Assembly (NCBI RefSeq): GCF_000281045.1 | Contig: NW_008246069.1 | Span: forward strand, 761,274 to 825,273 | DNA: 64,000 nucleotides | From: Saprolegnia diclina VS20 | Lineage: Eukaryota | Direction: 5' to 3' | Part shown: in pieces, positions 1 through 11,794 of the stretch | Layout: each line of letters starts with the position of its first letter | Numbering within the stretch: the stretch's first letter is position 1 | Program-made: the position numbers and the translations under genes | The notes under the pieces: generated by a model | The model's input: only the letters and a program-made list of their open reading frames with translations | The model's database searches: none | Told to the model about the DNA's origin: nothing

Positions 1-1057
1 GCGTGACAACATCATTATCTTGGCTCTGAACTCGAAGTCGAATGTGGACGGCCGCATGTACACCAAAAACATCATCTACGAAGAGGTTATCGACAAGACC
101 GTACCAGACAGTACCAGACAGTACGCTACTATAGATATGAGTTTACTACACGGTATCCATTTCACTGACTACACATTGTACATCACCGCACCAGAGTGTG
201 GACGTAGGGCCGGCCACTGGGCTCACCCAGGGCCCCCTGGCTCACCCTGGTCGATTCTTGTATTCTTGTAATCGATGGTTACGTGGCCTTCCTCGATGAT
301 GGTAACCCAAAGCGCAGGTCTGAACGACACCATCGGAGGATCGGGTGTCGAGGGACCAAAAGGCAGCGCATGATGACTGCTTGTAGCAGGTGTTTGCAAC
401 GACCGCCCATGTTGGTTATACAACCCAGCCACTGACACTGCTGGAAACGCTGACTTGGAAGAGCCCGAATCGTGCACGCTGGTAACTTTACCTGGGTGCT
501 GGCAAAGGCTGCCCAAGTTCGTAAAAGATCTCGTCTTGGCGATCGGTAACACGGCGAGGGTCGATGCTATCCATCTGCAGCAGTCAAAGAAACGCTGTCG
601 AGAGACCTTTATTGTGCTGGTTCATCTCGATCCGTGTACACGGCTGTCAAGCAGCTTCTCGGAGAAGGCGCTCGACCAGGGCGGGGTCTTCCATGCTTGG
701 ATGCTTGTCCTCGATGGGCTTCGAGAATGAAATGAACTGTTTGGCCGGACTTCAGCAACAATGTGCCACAATTGTTGCCATTTTGTTGTTGATGCACCCG
801 CGAGATGGCGCGTGGCAAATGGAGGTGGTCAGCGATGGGAGATTTATTAATACCAGCGTACCAAAGTCTTTGGGTTGAGTAAGACCCAGCCGCGCTAGAT
901 CAATATCTACTGCGTTGCAAGTTGAATATTCTACGACATGCGGAGCTGGCCGCTTCATGGCAGCATCAGCCCCTACTTTGGAATCATGGTACGATAAAAC
1001 TCAATTCATGCGCTCATGTTTATCTTCCAGTAGATTTTTGAGTATCAACGACGCTGT

Positions 1058-2215
1058 CTAGGTGCTTGCGAACACCTCAGACATATCGGGTATCGGCAAC
1101 AATTTGTCTAGCGCTGTCACGAGTGCTTTGTCGACCTTTAGGTAATGTACGACAACAACGTCGAGGTCAAATGCGTGGCACTTGGCGACGGCGGCAGCGA
1201 TTGCATCGAGAATCCACGTAGTCTTGTTTCCAAAAACGCCACCGCCGAGAACAGTGAGAAATACTCTGTTCGATCCGGTGGTTGAGGCATTGATGATAGC
1301 AGCCCACAGGGTCGCCTCATAGCTAGCGCGAAGCACGAGACTGGCAAAAGGCGCCCACGCAGTCGTCGAAGCGTACGAGTAACCACACGAAATGGCCGAG
1401 CAGTACACTTGGGTGACGAGCTGTTTGTCGCTGCTGGGGCTGGTTGGGTGGTACCGCGCTTTGAAAGGCACTTCAACGTTCCAGTGGACACCGACTTTCA
1501 GCGCATCCTCAAGGTCATTGTTGTCGGCGGTCTCGAGCACATCGTTGAGTCGTTGTAGACTCGCATTCGTGGCGTCCGTATAGCCGTTGACGACGTGGAA
1601 ATACTGATGCCGCTCATTGTCAAGAATGACTTCGACATCGTCGAGATTGTTGATCTGGCTCGTTGCTCTTTGTCCTTGCAAATCGGCGTCTGGCGATGCA
1701 AAGTAGTTGCGGAAAACCGTGCCCGGACCAGCTGCTACAGGTACTGGTTAGCTGTACGTGCAATCGTCAACCATACGCGTACCGATGGCGCACGCTGGCC
1801 CTTGAGTCATATCGCGTGCGTAAATGGTGACTCCGTCCTCTGGCCGCTACAACGACTTTGGGTGAGTGCTGCCATGGGAAGTGGCTTGACGTACAGCTCG
1901 CGGATGGGCAAATTCGAGGCAATTGAACTGGGAAGCAGCCTGGAACGTCGCGTTTCGATGTAGTGGGTCACAGTGCAGTAGGAACACGTCTTTGGACGCG
2001 ACGTGGGTAACGCGGAGTTGCCCGAGACGCCCGACGCACATGGCATGGTCACGAAGCGTTGCCAGCGATAGGCACTCGAACGTGCCAATGTCGTACGCTT
2101 TGTCGTTGGTGACGCTGCGCAACTGCGTTTCGTTGACGATCTCGAACTTGGCTTGGATCTCGTCGTAGGCCAAACCCTTCTCCCTGAAGCCGAAGAGGGT
2201 CTTGAACCAGTCCAT
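1058..2215 (-). CDS. Uncharacterised protein (AASQFNCLEF / TQGPAC / GGGVFGN motifs), possibly macrodomain/PARG-like; 3 exons
   Basis: ORFs 1847..2215 and 1058..1681 join via two GT-AG introns to give FQAASQFNCLEF..PEDGVTIYARDMTQGPACAIAAGPGTVFRNYF...VFLTVLGGGVFGN. Confidence 0.7.
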
Positions 2216-2458
2216 TGCTCGCGCGGTCGTTGTGTGTCAGCGTCGCAGAGGAGCCAATTGGACACCACGTACCAGCTCTGGCCAATCCCACGTCGGGTTG
2301 TCCGTATACGCCATCTCTTTACCGACATACAAAGAACAAGCTTCCTAGTTCAGAGCTAAATTATCAAGTGGTGATACAATCACTCAGGAACCTTCTGCCA
2401 TGAGTGTATGTAGCGAGGAACTCCTTGCCACTTCATTTTCCAACTGTCTTTGAAAAGA

Positions 2459-2803
2459 ATGGTCTGCCCCCCGAGCTACGCTGTGCGTGTCGCTATCCGC
2501 AACTCGAGCGCGACGCCCATCGCTGTTGAGGCCGTCTTCGGCTCGGACCACCAAGCCGCCGATGGGAAGGACTTCATCCGCGAGCGCGTCACGGTCGCTC
2601 CGCATGACACCGTCGTTCTTGGCGAGCACGAATACAACATGGGTTCGTGGACTGCCCACGCAGCCGTGTACGCCGTGCACGCCACGCACCCACGGTCGAA
2701 CGCTCGTGCGTCGTGGTCGCCGCAACTCTCGAGCGGTATCGTCGACGTCGTGACGGTCGAGCTCGGCGCGGATGCCCACAACGTGACGCTGCGCCAGAGT
2801 TAA
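2459..2803 (+). CDS. Small intronless hypothetical protein (~114 aa, beta-rich looking)
   Basis: ORF MVCPPSYAVRV... with coding-like GC3 bias; Inr-like TTCATTTTCCAACT at ~2432. Confidence 0.6.
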   Translation: MVCPPSYAVRVAIRNSSATPIAVEAVFGSDHQAADGKDFIRERVTVAPHDTVVLGEHEYNMGSWTAHAAVYAVHATHPRSNARASWSPQLSSGIVDVVTVELGADAHNVTLRQS

Positions 2804-2929
2804 GAACACCAATATCACGTGGTTTGCATCGCCAAGAGGACAAACCTGCACAAACATACATGGTCACACGTCAGTGAAAGAGTTAAGTGGATAGATCCGT
2901 TTTTCAATTGGTACATAGTGTTTAAAATC

Positions 2930-4280
2930 TCACACGAAGAACGATTCGCGCTTGGTACTTGCAGCCAGTGGGTTGGCAGCGGGACTTGCATATGCGTGGA
3001 ACTGCTGTCCAAACTCTTCACGTTGCGACGGACTTGTCGGGGAGTGGTGCGTCTCCTCGGACGAGTGATCGTATAGCTGCACGTGCTTGCCAAACCCACG
3101 ATCGAAGCTACCAGCGAACGGTCCGTCGATAGCGACGGCCGACGATCGGAACGATGCTGGCGCCGCCGACGACACGGTGGGCCTACAGTTAGGTACGTGA
3201 GTAATATCGATATCGCAACTCGTACGCACCGTGGCGGCTGCTGTGTTGCGCCTTCGGAAGCTGTGCGGCGACGGGGTGCAGGGCAGACACATAGGTCGCC
3301 CTCGTCATCAGCCAGCGTAGAGTCCCCGCGGGCACGGGCAATCTTTGCTCGTCGCTGCTCGACGATGTAGTCGTATGTCGTGGATCCATTGCGACCTAAG
3401 GTTAGCGAAATGAGAGCAATGATCGAGTCAGTTGGGCTGTACAGAGCTTGATGTGAAATATTACGAGCTGCAGGATAGACACTGTCGATGGGACGAGGAA
3501 CGCTGAGTAAAGCCCAAGCAGAATCTTGACGGCGACGAGAGGAAACATGTATCTACACGAAAAAGCCAGCCATTCAGTTCGTTTTGTTTTGTACACGTCA
3601 GGGGACGTGGCTTGCCTGTCGTTGCTGCAGGCGTTTGTGCCTGGTGCCGGAGTTCCGTCCTTGCATCCGTACGTCACAGCGCCTACGCACAGCATATAAG
3701 AACGGGCGATGAGTGTGCCAAACGCACCATTGCTGGTAATCGATGCCGGATCAGCAAACGAGGTCGCGAATAGGAAGACACCGACCGCGAGTTGAAACAG
3801 CGTAAAGACGAGAGTCGAGCAGATCAGGACAAAGAAATAGCGATAGTTGTGGGCGCCGACACAGTTGTTCAGCCACTTGCAGTGGTGGTCGAACGTCGCG
3901 ACGCACTTCTCGCATAGGCGACAGTGCCGCGATCGCTTGTCGACGTACTTAGTGCACACATTGCAGTACAGCAGGTCGTCCGTGATCTGCGCAGGGCTGA
4001 GCTCGGCCTCTGTCAGAATATTTCTGTCCGCGGGGTTGATGTACGTGCAGAAGCCCGCCAGAACCATGATCAAGACACCGTTCATGCCGTAGATCTAATG
4101 TGACGAGAGTGAGGTTCGGCACGACGGGGGCATTCATCGTACCACGCCCAAGGCGATAGCGGGCGTCGCCGGCAGGAAGGGCACGTAGAATGCGAAGAAG
4201 CCGCCGAAGAGTACGGGGAAGGTGACCCATGCCACGACCTGCAGTAGGTCAAAGGGCGCTTGCCAACCATTCGTACGCAT
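2930..4280 (-). CDS. DHHC palmitoyl S-acyltransferase, multi-exon
   Basis: MRTNGWQAPF start; CNVC..RSRHCRLCEKCVATFDHHCKWLNNCVGAHNY cysteine-rich domain; TTYD motif after the last TM. Confidence 0.93.
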
Positions 4281-5192
4281 CGCTCGGCGCGGGCGGGGTC
4301 GCGGCCTCTTTCAGAATGCATTACTTTTCGACAGACTCGAATATTAGCCAATCAGACGCCACCAAGAACAGCCAGACCCACGTTTCGATTGGTGGCCTTC
4401 AAAATGCATGCGCCACGTTTCATAAGCTTTCCGAGAGACAGCGTGAGTAACCGGGCGGATCCTAATTATTCATTCCTCAACGCCCGCACGACTGCGATAG
4501 CGACTGCGTTTGCTACGACCACTGCATGTCGGCGCTGACCGAGTACCAACCCACCACAAGCATGATCAACAGCAGCTTCAATAGCTCGCTCCTTGGGTTC
4601 GATTTGACTGGATCCAAGTGCTGACTCGATTGCGTGCGCTGCACCGCTTGTGGCCCGTGTACGTACATTGGATGACGCCTGTGTACCACTTGCGACGCTA
4701 TCCCTCGCTTTCTTTTGAGCAATTTGTGTTCATTCTGCAACATTGGGTCTGCAGGCAACTTACAGAACTCGTCTGCATTCATGGAAGATTTCGTACGGTA
4801 CTTGCCCTGTCCTTTGCGAAATCATCGAGTCTTGCATTTCGGGAATTGGGTTTCAAAATGGTCAAACTTGGTCGTTGGACGGGGACTCCATTAAAGGAAA
4901 GGGACGCAAGTGATGCCTACATGTGTAAGCTAGCATTTATTCTCGTAGTACGGGCAAAAGTGCTGCGCAAGCTGCTGCGCATGGCATCTCCTGTTGTGGG
5001 CAGTCTCAGCAAGGAACTGTTATGCACTCGCCTCCCCAAGTCTTAGCAGTCTCTACATGTACTGTACGTACCATCAGGACAGTCCAGTACATGGGTTCGG
5101 TACATTCTGCGACAACCGCTCAAGACCAAGATTTTTGCGATGGCCGAACGCCTGGCGATCGAATCCTGTTTCGCACTTATCATTTTCGCGGA

Positions 5193-6880
5193 ATGACTCA
5201 ACTGGACGATGTCATCGATGTGGAAAAGGACGCTTTGCGCCGCACGAACTCGGTAGGTATCGTGCAAGACTCGCCAGAGCCGTACATCTTCGTTAGGACC
5301 CAGGGCGTCTCGCAGCCTCGCTAGCACCAGTCCCGCCCGTCGACATTGCTGACGCAGCGGACTTTCGCCGCCTCCACTACTACTCGGGTTCGACGCCCAA
5401 GGTATCTGCACCAGTGCGTGCGACGATTGCGCAGACGCTCGCAACGATCTACGACCCTTTCATATCGGCTGTGCTCTCTCTTGACGATGCGTCCTTCGAG
5501 GAGATGGACGTAGCTGCGCGCGTCGAGCACCTGCTCCAGGCATCGTACTTAGCCGATGAGCTTACGCCGCTCGCGCCAAAGAAAGAGACGAAAGAAACCA
5601 CACTGACACACGCGTTCCTCTCGCTCCTCAAGTCGTTTGTCGGCACTGGAATCCTCTTCTTGCCGCAGGGTTTTCAGCGCGGCGGCGTCGTCTTCGCACC
5701 TATCCTTCTCACTGCCATCGCGATCGTTACAGTGTTCGCAATGCTGCGACTGCTGGCGTGCCGCGCGCGTATCGGCGGGTCGTACAGCCACATCGGTAGC
5801 GTCGTGCTGGGTCCTGTCGGTCACCGGCTCGTGCAGACGTCGCTCGTACTCATGCAGTTTGGGTTTTGCTGCTCGTACATCATCTTTGTCGCGCAGAACC
5901 TCCGGGATGTCTCCGTGTACTTTGAGACGCCCGTGTCGCTCACGAGCCTCATTTTGCTCCAGACGCTCGTCTACATCCCTCTGTCGTGGATTCGCTACAT
6001 GCGGTACGTACATATCCATACCCCAGCCATACCCCTATGTATGACGTGGCAACTTCCAGGTACTTTACGCTGAGCAACCTCGTCGCGGATGTTTTTGTCT
6101 TGTACGCGATTGTGTACATTATGTACACAAATGGTCGCACGCTCGCGGTCAATGGCATTGTCGAACCGCTCGAAGGCTTCAACACGAGCGACTACTCGAT
6201 CTTCCTCGGCACCGCCGTGTTTGTGTTTGAGGGCATCGGACTCATCATCCCGACTCAAGCCGCTCTGGCACCGAGCCTACAGCCTCAGTTCCCGGCGCTT
6301 CTTGCCAAGACGATCGCGGGCTGCGTCGTCTTCTTCTCGCTCTTTGCGAGTGTCAACTACGCGGCGATTGGCAACGCCGTCCAGCCCATGATCCTCTCGA
6401 GTTTGCCGCGGACGCCCCAGACAATGGCAGTCCAGGCTGGTTACGCCTTTGCGCAGACGCTTGCGTATCCGCTCTTCCTCTTTCCAGCACTCCAGATTGT
6501 TGAAGATGTCCTTGGCTTCCAGCGTCGGTCGTCGGGGCTCAAGGCGCAAAAAAATGTTGTGCGGACGCTCGTGGTTCTCTCCACTGTGGCCATCGCGTAC
6601 GCTGGCCAAGCGCATTTAGACCTCTTTGTGTCGCTTGTCGGCGCCTTTTGCTGTGGTAGAATTACATCCTGGACTTTTATTTGGGACTTATTTGTGGCAT
6701 GTAGTGCCTCTCGGATTCATCTACCCGCCATGGTTCTATCTCAAGCTCGCACCCGAGCGACACTGGGCTTCCAAGGCCCTCGACTACGGCACGATCGGTC
6801 TCGGCCTCTTCATCTTTTTTTTCGTGACGTGGACCAACGTCGTGCAATGGTACCTCGGGTCCGCTGAGAACGATGCGTAA
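5193..6880 (+). CDS. Amino acid transporter (AAAP/Aa_trans; Avt3/4- or SLC36-like), multi-exon
   Basis: LLKSFVGTGILFLP, QFGFCCSYIIF, FVFEGIG and SLVGAFC motifs; many TM helices; GT-AG introns. Confidence 0.9.
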
Positions 6881-7881
6881 AAAATTGTCACCGAGCCGTC
6901 TACATAATGCATCCTTTTAACTCGCAATAAGCGTCGCATGGAAGCGTCGAGATGGGAGATGAGTGTCGACCCACCTGAGAGCCCAACTTTGTGGACACAT
7001 CATTCAAATTCGACGGCACGTTTTGCTGAGGACAAACTGATTCAAGTACGATGCGCTGCCTGCTACCGTTGAGCTCTGCGGTTGTGAACGAGATGATATG
7101 GCAGTGGCATTTCTGAAGTGGGGCAGGTGCATTGCAGTGCACAATTCAATTGGCGAGTAGCCAATGTCGCGACCTTATCCCACGTTTCTTCGAGCGTACT
7201 TGTTCGCACCAATATTCATTAGATTTTCCACACCAGACATCTTTAAGCCCAACGTTATCTTTATAGTATCAGTCCTCGCTACCGAGCAGCAACGTGGCTG
7301 GTAGCAGCGCTGTGAGTTCCTCAACACGCGAGCCAAGGCGACAGGCCACGCTACATTGGACGACAGCACATCAACCGGAGTTGCTCCACCGCTGGATGCA
7401 GAAGTGTGGGTCTGTGATTCGTCGCGTTCGATCCCCGTGCTTGTTGTTGATGATCAGCTGATAAAAACGCTGGCAAGGCATCGACCGAAAACACATTCAT
7501 CGATCAGACTCTGGTGTACCTCCTGATTCTTCATTTGAACATAGAACTCTGTGTGGCGACATATTGCAGAATCCTTCCCCTAGATGTGCCATAACTCCTT
7601 AACCCACAACATGCTCGTACTAGTACACTATAGCGCATTGTGGTCTTGCACATGCGCGGGACGAGCACATGCACGGTTCACTTTCATCGCGATCTTTCAT
7701 CCAAGATGGTAACGACGGTAGTGTACCGTAAATTTTTCGACGCAATTGCGCGGCAGTCGTTTTGTTTCGGCGTTCTATTTTCGGGCTTCGAAAATAAAAT
7801 GCTGGGCCGAATAAAAATATCTAAAAAACCCACATCCTGGCGTCAGTTGCCAACCCCATCGACGACAGCAAGCTGCCATCC

Positions 7882-8622
7882 ATGGTCCTCTTCGAAGCCT
7901 GCTTTGCGCCCGAACCGCCCGCGTCGACATGCTGCATCGGTGCGCCGTATGGAACCTCGCACGACCTCCACATTTATTACAACTACGAGGCCGCGCGCTT
8001 CGAGGTCAAGGGCGACGCCGGCCGCAGCCTCGGCGCCTGGAACATGAACCAGCACTTCAACCTGCCGATCACGCACATGCCTCGGACAGAGCTGCGGCCC
8101 TACACGGAGCGCATCCCTGCTGTGCTCGTCATGCTGCAGCACCAGTTTGCGCTCCATCAGGGACACGTCATGCCCTACATCTTTCGCGAAAGCCCAGGAA
8201 AGGCCGCCCGGGACCGTGCGATTGCCGCGATCAACAGTGGTACATTCCGTGGTGCTGACGTCGACGACGTGCGCATTGTCGCTGACCTTATCAAGGTTTG
8301 GTTCCGAGAGCTCCCCACGCCGCTCTTGCACCGCGTGTCTATGGCCGCCATGGACAAGTTTGTGCACAGCGAAGGCACTGCGCTACCCGACTTGGATCCA
8401 ACCGAGCACGCTATCCTGCTCTGGCTCGCAGACCTTCTTCTTCACGTCGCGAGCGCCGAGAAGAGCAACCACATGGGCATTGAGCAGCTCTCGATTATTC
8501 TCGCACCCAACCTCATCCGTCTCGACACGCCCAACCCGATGGTTGCTGTCGCTGCGTCCAAGGCGAGCGTTGACTTTCTCCGACACTTTCTGCTCGAGCG
8601 TCGAAAGGAGCTCGCTGCATAG
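7882..8622 (+). CDS. RhoGAP with N-terminal CRIB-like motif, intronless
   Basis: IFRESP arginine finger, ADLIKVWFRELPTPLL, NHM..LSIILAPNL; CRIB-like IGAPYGTSHDLHI. Confidence 0.88.
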   Translation: MVLFEACFAPEPPASTCCIGAPYGTSHDLHIYYNYEAARFEVKGDAGRSLGAWNMNQHFNLPITHMPRTELRPYTERIPAVLVMLQHQFALHQGHVMPYIFRESPGKAARDRAIAAINSGTFRGADVDDVRIVADLIKVWFRELPTPLLHRVSMAAMDKFVHSEGTALPDLDPTEHAILLWLADLLLHVASAEKSNHMGIEQLSIILAPNLIRLDTPNPMVAVAASKASVDFLRHFLLERRKELAA

Positions 8623-8777
8623 TTAAGCGTCCGTCGCCCATATTTAATAACACCCTTTTCCTACTAACATTTGTGTATCTCTGTCGATGAAGACAATGCC
8701 GGAAGCAGCCCATAGAGAGGACACGTCCATGATGAACACACACGTGAAGTTAGTCGGAGCGATTACGTCGTGGGGCT

Positions 8778-11055
8778 TTAAGCGTTCGCGGCGAAACGCG
8801 CCTGCCGCCGCCGGTGGCGAATCGTCCAGACGATGCCAAGAGCGGCGAGGAGCGCGAGCATGACGATGGTGTCCGTCGCCGGCACGACATCTGCGTGCAA
8901 GAGCAAGAGCACCATATCTAGGCCCGAGAGAAACCTCAATACGGACACGATCGACCCGAGCATGGTTGCACCCATTGCCCCCCAGTCCACCGTCAGCATT
9001 TCCGTGAGCTGCGTCGCCAACGTCTCGACGAGCTCGTCGTGCTCCATCTACAAAGATTCGTGAGATTCGAGCGTAGGACGGCAAGGCCCCGTACGTCCTG
9101 GTAGGGCAGGAGCGTCTCGTGCCACGACATCTTGTAGAGAGCAAGCGTGACGGGCACATACGCGTCGCTGTGGATCTCTTTGGCGAGGTCGTAGTAGCGC
9201 TTTGCGAGCAAAAAGTCCTGGCTCGACCCAATTCCGTGCTCGTACATGTACCCAAGGTTGAAGCTCGCTTGTGCGTTTCGGTTCGCGGCCATCGCGTAGT
9301 GAGCCATTGCGCGCACGTAGTTCGGCGCCGTGGTGCCGTATCCATAGTAGTAAAAGTCTCCGAGCTTCAAGTTCGCGTCGACGTTTCCCTACTCTGAGCG
9401 TCAAGCATGTTCTCGCCAAGGCGAGGATGTATAGCAATGTACCTGGCCCGCAGCCGCCTTGTACATGCGGATCGTCTGGTCACCCAACGCCACGGCGGGT
9501 GACATGCCCAGCTGGTGCTCAAGGAGGTATGCCGCGTTGTGCTGCGCGACCTCGTAGCCTTGCTCGGCCATGACGACGTATTTGCGGAATGCTTGAGTGT
9601 AGTCGCCCTTTGTAGGTCTCATACAATGAGTGTCAATTATGGGGATGCCTCGGCGTACCGCAACGTACGCGCGGTACGCGCTGCGGAGCTCGTGGTCCCA
9701 GGCGCCACGCTCGGCCACAAGCTTCATATAGTCGACAGCAGACTTGCACGATCGCGTCGTGCCAATGCCATGTGTCGTCATCTACACCAGAACCATGAGG
9801 CGACAATTTCTAGCTGTGTTGAGTCTGCATACGTGTGCCACTTTATGCATGCTAAGCGTGTGGCCATGCTGTGCCGCGACGTGGAAGTACCCAAACGCCG
9901 TCTCATACTCTGGAGACCCGTCGGCTTGGAGCTCGCCCTGAAGACTGAGCACGCCGAGGTTGTAGAAGGCATCTGCGTTGCCCTGCTTGGCCGCTGTCCG
10001 GAAGAGCATGATAGCCTTGCTACAGAGCGAGATGTATACGACGCGAATAGCGGACGGCGAAGTACCTCTTGTTTTGAACAACGCCCTGCCCCCGGAGATA
10101 CATCGTCGCAAGTCCATTCTGTGCCGCCGCATTGCCTTCGTGGGACGATTCTTGGAAGTAGTCGAAAGCCCGCTTCATGTCGACAGCGACGCCGATCCCG
10201 TTGGCGTACATATGACCAAGGTTGGCTGCTGACGATGTCGCGCCCTATTACAGACAGCTGAGATGCGGACGACAAGCGGAAAGAACGAACAAATTCGTGG
10301 GCTCGGTGAAAGTAGACCGCGGCCTTGCGCACGTCCTGCGCCACGCCCCGTGCGCCATAATAGTAGAGCAACGCAAGATTGAGTGTCGCTTCAGCGTCAC
10401 CTTTTTCAGACGAGAACCGGTAATACTCGACGACCTACAACGATATGAGAGACGAGGTTACAAGGACAATCTTGCATACGTCTTCGTCACCTGGAGCGCT
10501 GCGCTTCTGATTGCTTTCCGCCACGGTCTTCAAGCGCTTGTGGCGCTGGTCGTGAAGAACAGGACTCAACGAATCTTCGCTCTCGCGCAGTTCCACGGCA
10601 CGATTGGCCGCAACTTCGTAGTATCGTAGAGCCGTCTCGCAGTTCTTCGGCACGCCGGCACCGACCATGTGCTTGTAACCCATCGCCATGGATGCGGCGA
10701 TGTCACCGCCGGTCGCAGCGAAGTAGAGCTCAACCGCTGCTTTCGCGTCATGCCGGTCGACACCCCAGAGACCCGTGGAATGCGCGATGCCCATGAGGAA
10801 CGTCGCCCGAGCAAGCCCCGTCTTGGACGCGACCTCGACGTCAGACAGACTTCCATTCGACGGGGCCGAGCCGTTGCCGTAGAACTGATTGATGGCCGAT
10901 TGCAGCAGTCGCTGCTGGTCTGCGATGGGTACCTTGAGGCCGGGCGTTTGACCAACGCTCGGGCGCCACTCGGTCTTCGTTGCGGGATCGAAAGTATGGG
11001 CGGGCGTCGCGCTCACGGCGCCAGCGGCCGCTGCAAGGAGCAAGTACAACTTCAT
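8778..11055 (-). CDS. HRD3: SEL1-repeat ERAD protein (SEL1L/Hrd3-like), multi-exon
   Basis: Signal peptide MKLYLLLAAAAGAVSA; Sel1 repeats (MGYKHMVGAGVPKNCETA, AEQGYEVAQHNAAYLL, KLGDFYYYGYG, DFLLAKRYYD); C-terminal TM. Confidence 0.88.
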
Positions 11056-11794
11056 CAGTCGCGATCAGGAGTGGTGCTAAGTTTAGCTGGCGGGGTTACG
11101 AGCTGCTGCTGCCACACCGACGACTTAGTTTTCCCAAATGGACGCGCCGCAGACCACGTGGAACATATGCCTAATTAGGCTTTTGCCGAATTCTGCTGGA
11201 ACGAACCAATCCACGCACGACATTTCAAGAGCGAATCAGACGTGGCCTTTCGACTGACTCGCACTGTGCCACGTGCAAACCCTCAGAGCGCAAAAGCTAT
11301 AGAAGTCTGTCTAACATCGATAAAAATGTCATACCGATACCAGAGGCGCCAACGGACTCGCTGAAGCGGGATCAACCGAAAATGTTAATTCTGAATGATT
11401 GCACAGCGCATTCGGTCACTTGTGCGATTCGCACACCTCCTTACTACCAGTAGACAACGGCTAGTCGCGTGTGTCGACGGCGTGTGGGCAACACGCGCCC
11501 CTCTACTCTTCTTCTACTGAAGGTCTGGCATATGAGGCCCGCTTTTGCACGGCTGGTACACGTTGAAAGTGTGATGATGTCCTCGCTGAAATCTTATTGC
11601 ATGGTCACTCGCGATTGGTGCAATTTGGCGCGATGGGATTGGTCCATTTCCGTCGCGCGAAGTAACACGCCTTCATTCAAAACAAAAACCAAATACACAT
11701 ACAAACATGTATATGATACCCAATAATTTAAGAGAGACGTGGCATTAAAACTCAGGTGTGCTCGCAGAGTCAATTCCACACCGCCGGTTCCACG

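Noticed and set aside
101..124. Short tandem repeat gtaccagaca x2.4
   Set aside because: Too short and isolated; no spacers, so not CRISPR-like.
9515..10261. 248 aa plus-strand ORF, and similar long antisense ORFs (23422..24426, 24185..25105, 46801..47991, 51535..52482, 51684..52676)
   Set aside because: Shadow ORFs opposite well-supported GC-rich genes; no motifs of their own.
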